Assembly: GCA_963836075.1 (NCBI GenBank)
Contig: CAWIIB010000001.1
Location: 1,408,001 to 1,472,000, forward strand
Origin: an uncultured Acidobacteriota bacterium
GTDB lineage: Bacteria > Acidobacteriota > JAQAZP01
DNA length: 64,000 bases
Reading direction: 5' to 3'
The notes below the pieces were generated by a model, which did not search any database, was not told the DNA's origin, and saw only the letters and a list, made by a program, of their open reading frames with translations. Position 1 is the stretch's first letter. Every line of letters begins with the position of its first letter. The position numbers were made by a program, and so were the translations under genes. Shown in pieces: positions 11,501-21,804 of the stretch.

Positions 11501-12092
11501 ATTCCAGCTCGACGGTGACCAGGGAGACGCCGAAACACTCCTCGCACCAACCGGAGGAATAGCCTCCGCTCATCACGCAGACCGGTCGCGGGGATGTCCG
11601 GCCGCTGCGCACCCAGACATCGGCCTCGGAGGAATTGTCATGGTTGAAGTGCAGAAAATAGTCGAGGTCCGCGGTGGGGCTCGAATCGGGATGGATCGCC
11701 ACGTGGCCCCACCCGGAATGGGCGAAGTGGACCGGCCCCAGGGCCAGCAGTTCCGCCGGGTCGTCCACGCCCATTTTGTCGCGGAAGTTTCTGGCATCAG
11801 CGCGACCGATGGCGTGAGCGATATCGAAGAGCAGGCTGTTGGCCACCTGGAGAGCCTTTTCCTCCCCCCGGTCCCGGTAGAGCTGCATCACCTGGTCAAA
11901 GAATTCGGTGGAGAGGGAGGCGGCCCGAATGAGCATGTAGCGCTCACCCGAAATGTTGATCGAACCGGACAGCGGGCGGTCATCCCGGTCACTGAAAAAC
12001 GTGCGGATGGACTTTTCCGCCTGCTCGAAGAGCGGCTGAAGCTCCTCCGGCACGGTGGCCGACAGTTCCGGCTTGGGCTTTGTTTGAGCCAT
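8568..12092 (-). CDS. Hybrid sensor histidine kinase: XylR_N/V4R + four PAS + HisKA/HATPase + receiver
   Basis: N-terminal ERYMLIRA...HFAHSGWG...[14 protein letters not shown]; repeated PAS/PAC units; [12 protein letters not shown]; [14 protein letters not shown]; VLLVEDE receiver. Confidence 0.93.
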   Translation of the reverse strand: MAQTKPKPELSATVPEELQPLFEQAEKSIRTFFSDRDDRPLSGSINISGERYMLIRAASLSTEFFDQVMQLYRDRGEEKALQVANSLLFDIAHAIGRADARNFRDKMGVDDPAELLALGPVHFAHSGWGHVAIHPDSSPTADLDYFLHFNHDNSSEADVWVRSGRTSPRPVCVMSGGYSSGWCEECFGVSLVTVELECRAAGDDQCRFIMAHPSKIREKLILMGGENLALSGTPDMVDIPEFFQRKRVQEELTIQVEQKTTELREANEKLRRELAERKKAEEALRESEERFHTLFEESRDAIFINSRDGRFVEINQSAQDLFGYDREELMNMRAADLYVNPEERFRYQEYIEKEGSVRDWELDLRNKSGGVRHCLLTASLRRDASGDIIGYQGIIHDITQRRQALEALKESEEQFHALFEESLDAIYITTVEGKFVAVNRSALELFGYTLEEMIGMNAAALYANVDDRQRFQEAIRTSGSVSGFEVTLLRKNGNQRHCLLTSSQRYDSEGRAVGYQGIIRDITDQKKGEQALRESEEKFRAITGTATDAIILMDNTGLISYWNPAAENMFGYSAAEAVGQNLHQFLAPEEYHRDFYKGFGRFQKEGRGNVIGRTVVLMALKKDGSTFPFEISTSAMKIRGKWHAAGIIRDISERERAHEELSESRAMLRLVMNTIPQFVFWKDRESVYLGCNDLFAQAAGVGSSEAIIGKTDHDLAWTTEQAELFRETDARVMAADIPEFHIIESQAQADGKQAWLDSNKVPLHNSGGDVIGILGTYEDITSRVVAEEEKERMQAQLLQAQKMEAVGTLAGGVAHDFNNLLTAIQGYVDLAMIKSADSDPSHWYLKQVKQASLRAADLTHQLLLFSRKQPMTLMVLSVNNVVRDLLKMLERLIGEDIAMETELEENLWAVRADSGSLGQVVMNLAVNSRDAMPDGGKLTFRTENVTMTSADCRSVSGSRPGNYMRLTVSDTGVGIPDQMIEHIFEPFFSTKGSESGTGLGLAVAFGIIQQHEGWITVESEQGRGTSFSVYIPTTSEKVSARDDDEVPLESLGGAGQRVLLVEDEEDIRDLINEALGSSGYQVFPAASADEAMALYREEGGEFDLVFSDVVLTDRSGVQLVEELQALDPDLKVMFCSGYTDEKSQWPVIQSRGYAFLKKPFSLVDMLQQINDIFV

Positions 12093-12272
12093 ACGGGTGA
12101 CCCCGGATTCAGGCAGGATTGGACAGCACCCCCACCCAAGGAAAATCTCTATTCGCCCCGGCCAACCACACCCGGGGCGCGGACAGACTACTTACCTGTC
12201 ATTCCTTTCGGTTATCCCCGAACGATACTTTACGAAATCTCCAGTAAAGGGGCAGGGCGCCTATTAGACAGG

Positions 12273-12306
12273 AAAGCCCCCGGTCGGGCAAATGCCGGCC
12301 GGGGGC
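12273..12306 (-). terminator. Probable intrinsic terminator after the aminotransferase fusion gene
   Basis: Minus strand GCCCCCGGCCGGCA-TT-TGCCCGACCGGGGGC followed by only a short T run. Confidence 0.45.
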
Positions 12307-12343
12307 AGGGGGGGCTGCAGCGCGGGTGATGGCCCGGCGGAGT

Positions 12344-14782
12344 CTATGAACCGCGGACCAGGTCGCGAATTCTGGACTGCACCGTGTCCTCCGCTCCAGC
12401 CGAACTGTTGACCAGGTAACAGGGCACCAGGCGCAGCAGGTAGCGGAAGTAGCGCTCCTGGGTGTCCAGCCGCTCCGGCCGGGAAACCAGCAGGTGCGGA
12501 TTGAAGAACGGAGTGCCCGCGCCGTCCGTCCGGACGGGGGCAGACACCGGCGCGCTTACGTGAACCACCGGATGCCTGGTGAAATAGCTGCTGGTGTCCA
12601 GCGGCGAGGAACTGGACAGGGGACCGGACCCCTCACCGGCGGAAGCCATCTGGGCCAATGCCTCGTCACCGTCGATCCGGCTCACCGGTGGTGATTTCCG
12701 ATCGTCGGTGAGCAGCACCACCCGCTCCAGCGCCGTCCGGCGAACATACTTGCCCGGGCCCCCGAACCAGACCGGGTCCACCATGACCCGGGAATAGGTG
12801 GAACCGTGGAAACAGAACGGCTCGCCGTGATCCAGCTGGCACTCGCCCAACTGGCACTGGTGGTCTTCGCACCAGGCACGTTTCATCACCACGTTCTCGC
12901 AACGGCTGTCTTCAAACAGACGGGAGAAGTTGGGGTAGTCGTGAGCCAGCCGGGTCTTGAGGTAGACCTTCCGCTCCACGTTGTCCGCCTGGGCCTTGCC
13001 GCCGCGGTAGCGCACGTTGAGCCAGTCCTCGGAAACAAAGCGCACGTCGTCCTGTTCCAGCAGGCGGTAGAAATGGCGCCGCCGGCCCGAGCCCTTGGCC
13101 CCCAGCAGCAACGTTCCCGCACCGCCGATGTCGACGCAGGCGCCATACACCCCGTGCACGTCCAGCAGCCGTTCGCTGATGTCGGCCACCATGCCCAGGG
13201 CCATGCTCTTGCACTGGCCATAGTAGGTGCTGTTGAAAATCAGGGCAGTGCGCGATTCGGGATGGTAGTACGCGCTCGGTTCACGGCCGGGAACTCCGTC
13301 CACGGCATAGATCACGCCGTGGGGTTCGAGGTCGGACTCGATCAGCGCCGGGTACCAGTTCTCCATCCAAAAGTCATAGAGGTGACGGACGTTGGTGCGC
13401 AGCTGGAGGATCACCCCGCCGATGTTGGCGTTCCACTCGAAATAGTTGTGGTGCGGCAGGCGCTCCTCGGCTTCGGCCACCATCCCGTCCCGCATCGAGT
13501 CGGCCAGGTCGATCCGGGGGGCGACCCGCCTGGTCACCGTGGTGAAACTGTTGTCCAGCTTCACCTTCCGCGATGCCAGGGTGGGCTTGAGCAACGCCAG
13601 GGCCTCGGCGATGCGGTCGATCCCCTTCTCCAGATTCTCCATTGAACTGGCGTAGGAGAGCCGGATGTTGTCCGGCCCGCCAAAAGCCTCACCGGGTACC
13701 ACGGCCACTCTGGCCTTCTTCAGCAGGTAGTGGGCCAGCCCGTAAGCGTTGCGGATCACCATCCCCCCGTGCTCGGTGCCAAAAAAGGACCGAACGTTGG
13801 GGAAGAGGTAAAAGGCCCCTTCCGGCTTGTGGCAGGAGATACCGGGGATGGCGGTGAGCCGCTCCAGCAGGAAGTTCCGCCGCTGCTGGAACTGGGCCAC
13901 CATCTTGCTCACCTCCTGCTGCGGGCCGGCGATGGCTTCCAGACCGGCCTTCTGGGCCACCGAGCTGGCATTGGAGGTGGAGTGGCTCTGCACCTTGCTC
14001 ATCGCGGAGATGATCTCGCGGGGTGCCAGGGCGTAACCGATCCGCCAGCCGGTCATGGAGTAGGTCTTGGAGACACCGTTGATGGTCACCGTCCGCTGCC
14101 GGACCTCCTCGCTCAGTGCGGCGAAGGGGGTGAAACGGAAATCGTCGTAAAGGATCTTGTCGTAGATCTCGTCGGCGATGACGTAGAGCCCCTCATCCAG
14201 CACCACCTGGGCGATAGCTTCCAGCTCTTTCCGGCTGTAGGCCGACCCGGTGGGGTTGGAGGGGTTGTTGAGCATCAGCGCCTTGGTGTTGACGTTGATG
14301 TGCGCCTTCAGTTCCTCGGCGGTGAGCCGGAAGCCGTTCTCCTCGCGGGTGGGCACGATCACGCCCTCAGCCTTGGCCAGGCTGGCCATGGCCGGGTAGG
14401 AGACCCAGTACGGCGCCGGAATGATCATCTCCTCGCCCTTGTTGAACAGGGCGATGGCCGTGTTGTACAGGGAGTGCTTGGCGCCGCAGGAGACGATCAC
14501 CTGGTTCGGCTCATACTCCAGACCGTAGTCCTCACGGTATCGTTGAACGATGGCCTGGCGCAGTTCGAGAATGCCGTCACTGGCCGTGTAGCCGGTGAAG
14601 TTGTCGTCGATGGCCCGTTTGGCCGCCTCCTTGATATTGTCCGGTGTGTTGAAATCCGGTTCGCCGACGCTGAAGTCCACCACGTCGATGCCTTCGGCGC
14701 GCATGGACTTGGCCCGGGCCGCGATCTTCAGCGTGGTGGATTCCTCGATCCGGCTGATCCTGTCCGCAATGATGCTCATCAA
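12344..14782 (-). CDS. Class I/II PLP aminotransferase (aspartate aminotransferase) fused to a C-terminal HPr kinase/PEPCK-like P-loop domain
   Basis: GEPDF, NNPSNPTG, DEIY and SKTYSMTGWRIG in the first ~400 aa. C-terminal half has HGVYGACVDIGGAGTLLLGAKGSGRR and FVSEDW. Confidence 0.88.
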   Translation of the reverse strand: MMSIIADRISRIEESTTLKIAARAKSMRAEGIDVVDFSVGEPDFNTPDNIKEAAKRAIDDNFTGYTASDGILELRQAIVQRYREDYGLEYEPNQVIVSCGAKHSLYNTAIALFNKGEEMIIPAPYWVSYPAMASLAKAEGVIVPTREENGFRLTAEELKAHINVNTKALMLNNPSNPTGSAYSRKELEAIAQVVLDEGLYVIADEIYDKILYDDFRFTPFAALSEEVRQRTVTINGVSKTYSMTGWRIGYALAPREIISAMSKVQSHSTSNASSVAQKAGLEAIAGPQQEVSKMVAQFQQRRNFLLERLTAIPGISCHKPEGAFYLFPNVRSFFGTEHGGMVIRNAYGLAHYLLKKARVAVVPGEAFGGPDNIRLSYASSMENLEKGIDRIAEALALLKPTLASRKVKLDNSFTTVTRRVAPRIDLADSMRDGMVAEAEERLPHHNYFEWNANIGGVILQLRTNVRHLYDFWMENWYPALIESDLEPHGVIYAVDGVPGREPSAYYHPESRTALIFNSTYYGQCKSMALGMVADISERLLDVHGVYGACVDIGGAGTLLLGAKGSGRRRHFYRLLEQDDVRFVSEDWLNVRYRGGKAQADNVERKVYLKTRLAHDYPNFSRLFEDSRCENVVMKRAWCEDHQCQLGECQLDHGEPFCFHGSTYSRVMVDPVWFGGPGKYVRRTALERVVLLTDDRKSPPVSRIDGDEALAQMASAGEGSGPLSSSSPLDTSSYFTRHPVVHVSAPVSAPVRTDGAGTPFFNPHLLVSRPERLDTQERYFRYLLRLVPCYLVNSSAGAEDTVQSRIRDLVRGS

Positions 14783-14802
14783 TGGTCCCTCCGGCAGCTG
14801 GA

Positions 14803-16188
14803 TCAGTTGGTGCCGCCTTCAGACCCGGAATCATCCTTCTTTTTCTGAAGGGTGCCGAGCAGCTGCTTGAGATCGAAACCGGTGAGCCCCTCCACCACGT
14901 CGGGGAGCTGGGCCATCACCGAAGCCACCTGGCCGGTGATTCGCGAGGCGCCGCTGGCACCGCTGCCACCGTCGACCATGATGATCTTCTCCACCCTGGA
15001 GAGCGGTTCGGAGATGCTGGCAGCCAGTTCGGGCATCTTTTCGATCAGCATCTCGGCGATGGCCGCCTGGTTGTAGTTGCTCCAGGACTCGGCCTTCTTC
15101 TGCATGGCAAAGGCCTCGGCCTCGCCCTGCAGCCGCTGCACCTCGGCGCCGGCGGTCCCTTCCACGCGGGCCGCTTCGGCGCGGCCGCGGGCCTCGGCGG
15201 TAAGCCGGTATTCCTCGGCGTCAGCGGCCAGTTTCACCGTGGCGTCCAGTTCCTTCTGCCGGCGGAGGGTTTCCTTCTCCTCCAGCTCGATACCCTTGGT
15301 CTTTTCCAGCAGTTTGACCTTGAACTCCTCGTCCTTGACCACCTGGTTCTGCTTGTGCCGCTCCAGGTCGTAGGAGTGGTCGGCCTTGGCCCTGGTGGAG
15401 TTGATCTCGGCCTGGAAGGTGGACTTCTTGATCTCGAAGGCCTTGGCCGCCTCGGCCACTTCCGCTTCAGCCTGCAGCTTGGCCACGTCCCCTTCCTTCT
15501 GGGCCTCGGCCGACTTGATCAGTGCGTCCCGCGCCGCCTCGGCTTCGGCCACCTCGGCATCACGCCGGGCCTCGGCGATCTTTGGCTTGCCCAGGGCGGC
15601 GAGATACCCCTGGGTATCCTGGATTTCCTTGAGGTTGAACGACATCAGCTTCAGGCCCATGCCGCTGAACACCGGTTCGATCTCGGCGTTCACCGTGGCG
15701 GCGAACTCCTTGCGGCTGCGGTTGATCGCCTCGAGCTTCATGGTGCCGATGATGGTGCGCACGGCGCCCTCCACGGCTTTCAGCGCCACGTCAAGAATCT
15801 CGCTGGAACTCTTGCCGAGGAACTGCTCGGCAGCGAGGTAAACGTTGGGCTCGGCGCCGTCGAGTTTGACCTGGGCCGTCCCGCGAACCACGGCGTTGAT
15901 CCCGTTGACCGAGATCACGTCGGAGATCTCGAAATCAGCGGAGACAATGTCCAGCGGTAAAACTTCGGCCTGTTCTACCAACGGTTTGACGAATGTGCCG
16001 CCGCCGATGGCCACCCGGTAGCCGATCTTCTTCGAAGTGCCGTCGGCCAGAGTGATGGTCCGCGCCCGTCCGCCGGAGATGACCAGCACCTGGTTCGGGC
16101 CCACCTTGGTATACTGCCGGGCCACCATCCAGATGATCAGCGCGATGACCACCACCGCCGCAATGACGCCAATGAAAATTCCCAACAT
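14803..16188 (-). CDS. Flotillin / SPFH-domain membrane protein
   Basis: N-terminal TM, YTKVGPNQVLVISG, AAEQFLGK, AEA-rich coiled coil and PLSRVEKIIMVD. Start placed at ATG 16188. Confidence 0.92.
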   Translation of the reverse strand: MLGIFIGVIAAVVVIALIIWMVARQYTKVGPNQVLVISGGRARTITLADGTSKKIGYRVAIGGGTFVKPLVEQAEVLPLDIVSADFEISDVISVNGINAVVRGTAQVKLDGAEPNVYLAAEQFLGKSSSEILDVALKAVEGAVRTIIGTMKLEAINRSRKEFAATVNAEIEPVFSGMGLKLMSFNLKEIQDTQGYLAALGKPKIAEARRDAEVAEAEAARDALIKSAEAQKEGDVAKLQAEAEVAEAAKAFEIKKSTFQAEINSTRAKADHSYDLERHKQNQVVKDEEFKVKLLEKTKGIELEEKETLRRQKELDATVKLAADAEEYRLTAEARGRAEAARVEGTAGAEVQRLQGEAEAFAMQKKAESWSNYNQAAIAEMLIEKMPELAASISEPLSRVEKIIMVDGGSGASGASRITGQVASVMAQLPDVVEGLTGFDLKQLLGTLQKKKDDSGSEGGTN

Positions 16189-16418
16189 GTTTTGGTCTCC
16201 CAGAATCGAACCGAAAAACAATATGTAAAAATGTATCGAAGCCTTTCCCGGGGCCGGCGGTCTGCCAGCGTAAGCGGTAAGTATAGCGACGACTTAGGGT
16301 GAAAGCAACCGGGTAGGGGGCTCATCGGCGCGGCAGAAAATAAATCAATTTTTTCTTTGTTTTCAATCAGTTGCGGAGAATTGTCGCCACAGCGGAGACT
16401 GCAGGTGCGGACGGCTGT

Positions 16419-17297
16419 TCAAGGGCGGACCCAGGTGGTGACAAATGTCCTGATCCGGTTGCCGTACTCGCCGCCGCCCACCATCACCGTGTCATTGTGA
16501 CCGGCGCCCGGGATGAGGTAGAGCTCCTTGGGCCGGCGGGCCAGCTGGTGCAACCGGCGGGCCATGCTCACCGGCACCAGCCTGTCGGCTTCGCCGTGGA
16601 TAATCAGCACCGGCATGCGCAGACCGGCCAGACGCTCGGCAGTGGGATATTTCCGTTTCAACCGTTGAGGCAGGGGCAGTAGCGGATAGAGGTGGCGGCC
16701 CATCTCGTAGAGATCGGTGAAGGCGCACTCCATGATCAGCGCGCGGCCCCGTCCCCCCGAGGCCAGTTCCACTGCGGCCGCGGCACCCAGCGACCGGCCG
16801 AAAAGCACGATTTTCTCGTCCGGCACGCCGCGTTCATCCCGCAGGTACTGGTAGGCGGCGTGGGCCGACCGGTAGACGCCGGCTTCCAGCGTCCTGCCGC
16901 CGCTGCGGCCGAACCCCGGATAATCGAAGATGAGCACCGAAACCCCGATGCGGTTGAGCAGCACCAGGTTGTGCACCCGGTGAGAGATATTTCCCGCATT
17001 GCCATGGCAGAAGAGCATCACCGGCGCGTGCGGGTCGCGGGCCGGAACGAACCAGGCCGAAATGGCGGTACCGTCCTCGGTGGTGAGCAGCAGATCCTCG
17101 AAGGGAACACCACCATCCTCCGGGGTGGCCACCCACTCCGCCCGGGGGTAAAAGAGAAATGTCCGGTCCACCAGGTCACCGAGCTTCATCCACATCGCCT
17201 CGCTCCCCATCAACGCCGACAGGCCGCAGAGCAGGGCAACGGCAATAATCGCAGCCACCAGGCAGCCCCACCGCCACCGCCGCCCTCCCCCGCTCAT
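16419..17297 (-). CDS. Membrane-anchored alpha/beta hydrolase (ABHD17/BEM46-like)
   Basis: FCHGNAGNIS, FDYPGFG, GRSLG nucleophile elbow, HGEAD and GAGHND. ATG 17297 overlaps the upstream stop. Confidence 0.9.
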   Translation of the reverse strand: MSGGGRRWRWGCLVAAIIAVALLCGLSALMGSEAMWMKLGDLVDRTFLFYPRAEWVATPEDGGVPFEDLLLTTEDGTAISAWFVPARDPHAPVMLFCHGNAGNISHRVHNLVLLNRIGVSVLIFDYPGFGRSGGRTLEAGVYRSAHAAYQYLRDERGVPDEKIVLFGRSLGAAAAVELASGGRGRALIMECAFTDLYEMGRHLYPLLPLPQRLKRKYPTAERLAGLRMPVLIIHGEADRLVPVSMARRLHQLARRPKELYLIPGAGHNDTVMVGGGEYGNRIRTFVTTWVRP

Positions 17298-18680
17298 CCG
17301 CTGCCCCCCCCGGTGCCGGCCGGATCGTCCCGCCACTGCCGCAGCCGCGCCAGTTGCCGGTCCCGCTGGTTGGTCAGCGGGTCTTCCAGCGCCTCCTGCA
17401 GCAGCGCCTCGAGCAACCGCCCCACCTCGGCCCCCTGGGCGAGACCGGTAACCCGCATCACATCCTTTCCGCTGACCTGCAGGTCGCAGACCCCCAGCGG
17501 CGGCTCCTCGCTGACCAGCCGTGCGATCCGACCCGAAAGTTCCTCCAGCAGTTCCAGGTCGTCGCTGGGCATTCCGTGGGCCTTCACATCGGCGCGTCTC
17601 AGCGCGAACAGGTCTTCCAGATGCTCCTGGCCCACCCGGCGGACCAGCCTCCGCACCGCGGCATCCTTCCACTGCGGCTGGTAATGGAACATGTGCTGCT
17701 GGATCAGGTGGGTCACCCGTTCCACCCTGGCCCGGCTGCAGCGCAGCCGTCCGAGGATCTCCCGGGCCAGGCGCGCACTGGCCTGCTCGTGGTTGTGGAA
17801 ACGGAAGATGCCATCGATCTTCTTCCGCACCCGCGGCTTGGCCACGTCGTGCAGCAGGGCGGCCAGCCGCAGGTCCAGCTCGGCCGGGGTGGAATCGACA
17901 CAGATCATGATGTGGCGGTAGATGGTATAGCGGTGGTAGTGATTCTGCTGCCGGCGCCACCCCTCCAGCAGTTCGGGGAGCACCTCGGCCATCAGCCCGG
18001 TGCGCCGCATGAGCTCCAGCCCCTCGGAGGGCCGGGGGGCGAGGAGCAGCCGGAACAGTTCCTCGCGGACCCGCTCCGGGGCCACCTGCCGGAAGGCCTC
18101 TAGGTGGCGGGGGATGCTCGCCGCCGTTTCGGCCTCGAGACGAAAGCGGAACAGTGCGGCAAAGCGTACCGCCCTGAAGATGCGCAGCGGGTCTTCGGCA
18201 AACCGGCCGTCGGCCGAACCCACCGCACGCACCACGCCGTGCCGCAGATCGGCGGCTCCGTCAAAGGGGTCCACCAGCCGGTTTTCCAGCGGGTCGCAGG
18301 CCATGGCGTTGAAGGTGAAATCACGGTAGGCCAGGTCACGTTCCAGCGACCGGGAGAAACGGCCCTGCCGCCCGGTGCGGAAGGTGGTCACCTCGTAGTG
18401 CTGACCGCCGCGGACCAGGGTCACGGTGCCATGCCGGATGCCGGTGGGCACCACCCGCCCGAAAAGCTGCTGCACCTCCTCCGGCCGGGCGTCGGTGGCC
18501 ACGTCCCAATCGGCTGCCGGCCGCCCCAGCAGCAGGTCACGCACCGCACCGCCGGCCACATAGGCCTGGAACCCCCCGCCCTTCAATTTCCTCGGCGATC
18601 CGCAGCAGCTCGGCGGGAAACTCGAAGGGCGGTGGTGAAGCCGATTTCCGGGATCGTATTCTTGGGAACGGTCCGCTCAT
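17294..18680 (-). CDS. cca: tRNA nucleotidyltransferase with HD domain (possibly CC-adding); probable one-base frameshift near 18588 in the N-terminus
   Basis: AYVAGGAVRDLLLG..DWDVAT, RDFTFNA, EDPLRIFRAVRF, ERVREE and LLHDVAKP. An upstream ATG at 18680 joins with one extra A. Confidence 0.88.
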
Positions 18681-18813
18681 CGGCCTAGAATACCATGAGT
18701 TATATTTCTTCTCATCTTCCTTTCATGTTGTCGGAATATAGTGAACCCCCGAATGGACCGGCCGTGCTTCGCAACAGGGGCCCGGAAACCGGGCGCCACC
18801 AGGGAGGGAAGAA

Positions 18814-19206
18814 ATGAACAGCAAATCGACCATGCTCATTTGCGTCACCGTCGCTGTTTTCGTACTGGCCTGCGGCCCCCGGCATGCCTCGGGACCGGGA
18901 ACCGCCGACACACCGCATGCCGCCCGCGAGGAGGTCAAGGAACGGGACGTCTCCCTGGACGATGTCCCGCTGCCGGTGAAAGAAGCGATGCTGGCCGAGG
19001 CGGGAGAGCACCGGATCACCGAAATCGAGGAAGTGCGCTTCGGCGACCGCATTGAATATGAGGCGGAGTGGAAGGTGGACGGCGAAGAGGTGGAGATGAC
19101 CTTCGCCGCCGATGGTTCGCTCGTCGGACGGGCCCTCGGCGACGACGATGCGGACAGCGACGCTGACGACGACGGGGATGATGACAGTGAAGTTGACGAC
19201 GACTGA
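18814..19206 (+). CDS. Lipoprotein with PepSY-like domain and acidic tail
   Basis: Lipobox VFVLAC; DDVPLPVKEA...YEAEWKVDGEEVEMTFAADG; Asp-rich C-terminus. Confidence 0.75.
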   Translation: MNSKSTMLICVTVAVFVLACGPRHASGPGTADTPHAAREEVKERDVSLDDVPLPVKEAMLAEAGEHRITEIEEVRFGDRIEYEAEWKVDGEEVEMTFAADGSLVGRALGDDDADSDADDDGDDDSEVDDD

Positions 19207-19239
19207 CGGGCGGGGCTACCCGCCGGGGAGGCCCGGGAG

Positions 19240-19935
19240 GTGACGCCGATGGAGAGGCAGCAGAAAGTCCTGGTGATCGAGGACTACCCGCCGGTGCTCA
19301 AGTCGATCACCATGGGCCTGAGCGAGGAGGGCTTCGCGGTGACCCCGGCAACCAATGGCGCCGACGGGCTGGAACTGGCCCTCGAGGGCGACTTCGACCT
19401 GATCGTTCTCGACCTGATGCTGCCCCGGATCGACGGCCTGACCATCCTCCAACGACTGCGCGACGAGGGCCGAACGGTCCACGTGCTGATTCTCACCGCC
19501 CGGGATACCCTCGATGACCGGGTCCACGGCCTGGACCTCGGGGCCGACGACTACCTGGTCAAACCGTTCGAGTTCGAAGAGCTGCTGGCCAGGGTCCGGG
19601 CGTTGCTCCGGCGGAAGAACGGCGACAAGACAGCGGTGATCAGGGTGGCCGACCTGGAGATCAACACGTCCGCCCGAACCGCCAAACGGGCGGGCCGGCA
19701 GATCGACCTCACCGCCCGGGAATATACCCTGCTGGAGTTTCTCGCCACGCGCACCGGCCGGGTGGTTACCCGGACCCAGGTCTGGGAGCAGCTCTACGAC
19801 TTTGCCGAAGAGATCAACAGCAACGTGGTGGACGTCTACATCGGCTACCTGCGCAAGAAGCTGGAACAGCACGGCGGCCCCCGCCTGATCCACACCCGCC
19901 GCGGCATGGGGTATGTCCTGGAGGTAAACCCCTGA
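19240..19935 (+). CDS. OmpR-family response regulator
   Basis: VLVIED, LDLMLP, GADDYLVKPF and winged-helix NVVDVYIGYLRKKL...IHTRRGMGY. Confidence 0.95.
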   Translation: MTPMERQQKVLVIEDYPPVLKSITMGLSEEGFAVTPATNGADGLELALEGDFDLIVLDLMLPRIDGLTILQRLRDEGRTVHVLILTARDTLDDRVHGLDLGADDYLVKPFEFEELLARVRALLRRKNGDKTAVIRVADLEINTSARTAKRAGRQIDLTAREYTLLEFLATRTGRVVTRTQVWEQLYDFAEEINSNVVDVYIGYLRKKLEQHGGPRLIHTRRGMGYVLEVNP

Positions 19936-21407
19936 TGCGGTCCCTGCGCACAACCCTGCTCTTCGGCACCTCGGCGGGAATGGTGATGGTTCTGCTGGTG
20001 CTGGGCCTGCTGTTCCACATGCTGGAGCGAAAAAACCTGGTGGAACTGTTTGACGCCGCTCTGCTCGACGAAGCACGGATGCTGGCCTCCACCATCGAGT
20101 TCGAGAAAGGCGGGGTGGTGCTCGACTTTGCCGAACTGAAACTCCTGAGCTACAGGGAATCCGCCCGCCCCGGCTATCTCCAGGTCTGGCTGCCGGAGAA
20201 TCGCGTGATCTACCGCTCTCCCTCCCTGGGCGCAAACGATCTTCCGAAACCCTCCGGCCCACTAAATTCCGAAGGCTTCCTCTGGGTGAATCTTCCCGAC
20301 GGTAATAACGGCCGGTCCGTGGGCCTGACCTTCAAACCGCGGCAGGAAAAGGAGGAGGATGAGGAGGACGGAGGCGAAGGGGGTGAAGCCGGTAGTGACG
20401 AGGACCGTGAGATTCCCCTGGTGACCCTGGTTCTGGCCCGCCACACCGAGCCGGTAGACCTGACACTCTCCCGCATGCTGACCCGGCTGGCCCTGCTGGG
20501 GCTGCTGACCATCCTGGTCTCCATCGCTGTTCTTTCCCTGGTGATCCACCGGGCGCTGCTGCCGCTCAACCAGCTGGCCGGCAGGATCGGCATGCTGGAC
20601 GAGAAGAACCTTTCCAGCGGCCTTGCCGGCAGGCCCGGCCCGCAGGAAGTCCGGCCGATCATCAACCAGCTGAATCATCTGCTCGACCGCCTGGCCAGGG
20701 CCTTCCAACGCGAACGCTCCTTCAGCGCCGACATCGCCCATGAACTGCGCACGCCCCTCTCCGGCCTCCGTTCGATTATCGACGTGGTGCGTTCAAAACC
20801 GAGGCCGGCGGAAGAATACCGCGAGGGCCTGGACGAGTGCCTGGAGATCACGCTGCAGATGCAGGACATGGTCTCCAGACTGCTCTACCAGGGCCGGCTG
20901 GAGTCCGGCCAAGTGGACCTACAGCCAGAACCGCTGCAGGTCAACCAGCTGCTGCGCACCGCCTGGGCCGCTCTGGAGGACCGGGCCCGTCAGAGGGGTC
21001 TGGAGGTGCAGTGGGCGCTGGATCGCAATGACGCCCTGATCACCGACCTCTCGCTGTTCAGCCTGGTGATCCAGAACATCGTGGGAAACGCCGTAGAGCA
21101 CGCCGACGAGAACGGCCGGGTGAAGATCGAGACTTCGTTCAACAACATCCAGCCGTCGATTCGGGTCCGCAACAGCGGAAGCCAGGTCTCCCGGGGATCG
21201 GCAAACTTCGTGTTCGACCGGTTCTGGCGCGGGGACAAATCCAGGAACTCGGTACGGGGCCACAGCGGACTGGGCCTGACCCTGGTCAAGCGCGCGGTGA
21301 CCATGCTGGGTGGTGAGGTGGACGTGGAGTCCGAGGTGGGCGGCGACTTCTTGATCACGGTCGCCATTCCAGCCACGGGACCGGCCGCAACCGATCCCGT
21401 GGACTGA
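19935..21407 (+). CDS. Sensor histidine kinase (two TM, HAMP, HisKA, HATPase)
   Basis: ADIAHELRTPL, NAVEH, FDRFWRGD and GLGLTLV; translationally coupled to the regulator (TGATG). Confidence 0.94.
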   Translation: MRSLRTTLLFGTSAGMVMVLLVLGLLFHMLERKNLVELFDAALLDEARMLASTIEFEKGGVVLDFAELKLLSYRESARPGYLQVWLPENRVIYRSPSLGANDLPKPSGPLNSEGFLWVNLPDGNNGRSVGLTFKPRQEKEEDEEDGGEGGEAGSDEDREIPLVTLVLARHTEPVDLTLSRMLTRLALLGLLTILVSIAVLSLVIHRALLPLNQLAGRIGMLDEKNLSSGLAGRPGPQEVRPIINQLNHLLDRLARAFQRERSFSADIAHELRTPLSGLRSIIDVVRSKPRPAEEYREGLDECLEITLQMQDMVSRLLYQGRLESGQVDLQPEPLQVNQLLRTAWAALEDRARQRGLEVQWALDRNDALITDLSLFSLVIQNIVGNAVEHADENGRVKIETSFNNIQPSIRVRNSGSQVSRGSANFVFDRFWRGDKSRNSVRGHSGLGLTLVKRAVTMLGGEVDVESEVGGDFLITVAIPATGPAATDPVD

Positions 21408-21427
21408 GAACCTGCCGGAACGGGCTC
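21372..21427 (+). repeat. Direct repeat copy 1 (~56 bp) spanning the kinase 3' end; contains a CCACGGGA/TCCCGTGG hairpin
   Basis: gccacgggaccggccgcaaccgatcccgtggactgagaacctgccggaacgggctc, nearly identical to 23856..23910. Confidence 0.85.
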
Positions 21428-21804
21428 CACACACAATGCGGGTCCGCAATCAGAATTCTCCTTGGCCTCGCGCTCGCGTTGCTGCTCGCACCAGGCTGTG
21501 CCCGCTACGTCCCCGCACCCATCTCGCCCGGGCAATCGCTCTCGGTCTGCTGATCGATGAGGAATTCAAATTGAGCAGGATCGAGAGGGACGCGCCGGGA
21601 TCGCCCCCCACAGCGGAGACCCGCTGAGGAGACGAAGATGTTATTTCGTCGATTCTCACTGTCCTCTCATGTTTAAAAGACTACGCTTTCTGTTGAGCGG
21701 TTCGGCATCGGCGTGTTTTGTATCAACCGAACCGGCGATCATTCCCGGTATTGAATCTCGGAACTTTAATATGGATTCGCAATACGGTGCAGGGAGATGA
21801 CCGA

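Noticed and set aside
14803-16221. Missing NfeD partner beside the flotillin gene
   Set aside because: Stand-alone flotillins are common, so this is not informative on its own.
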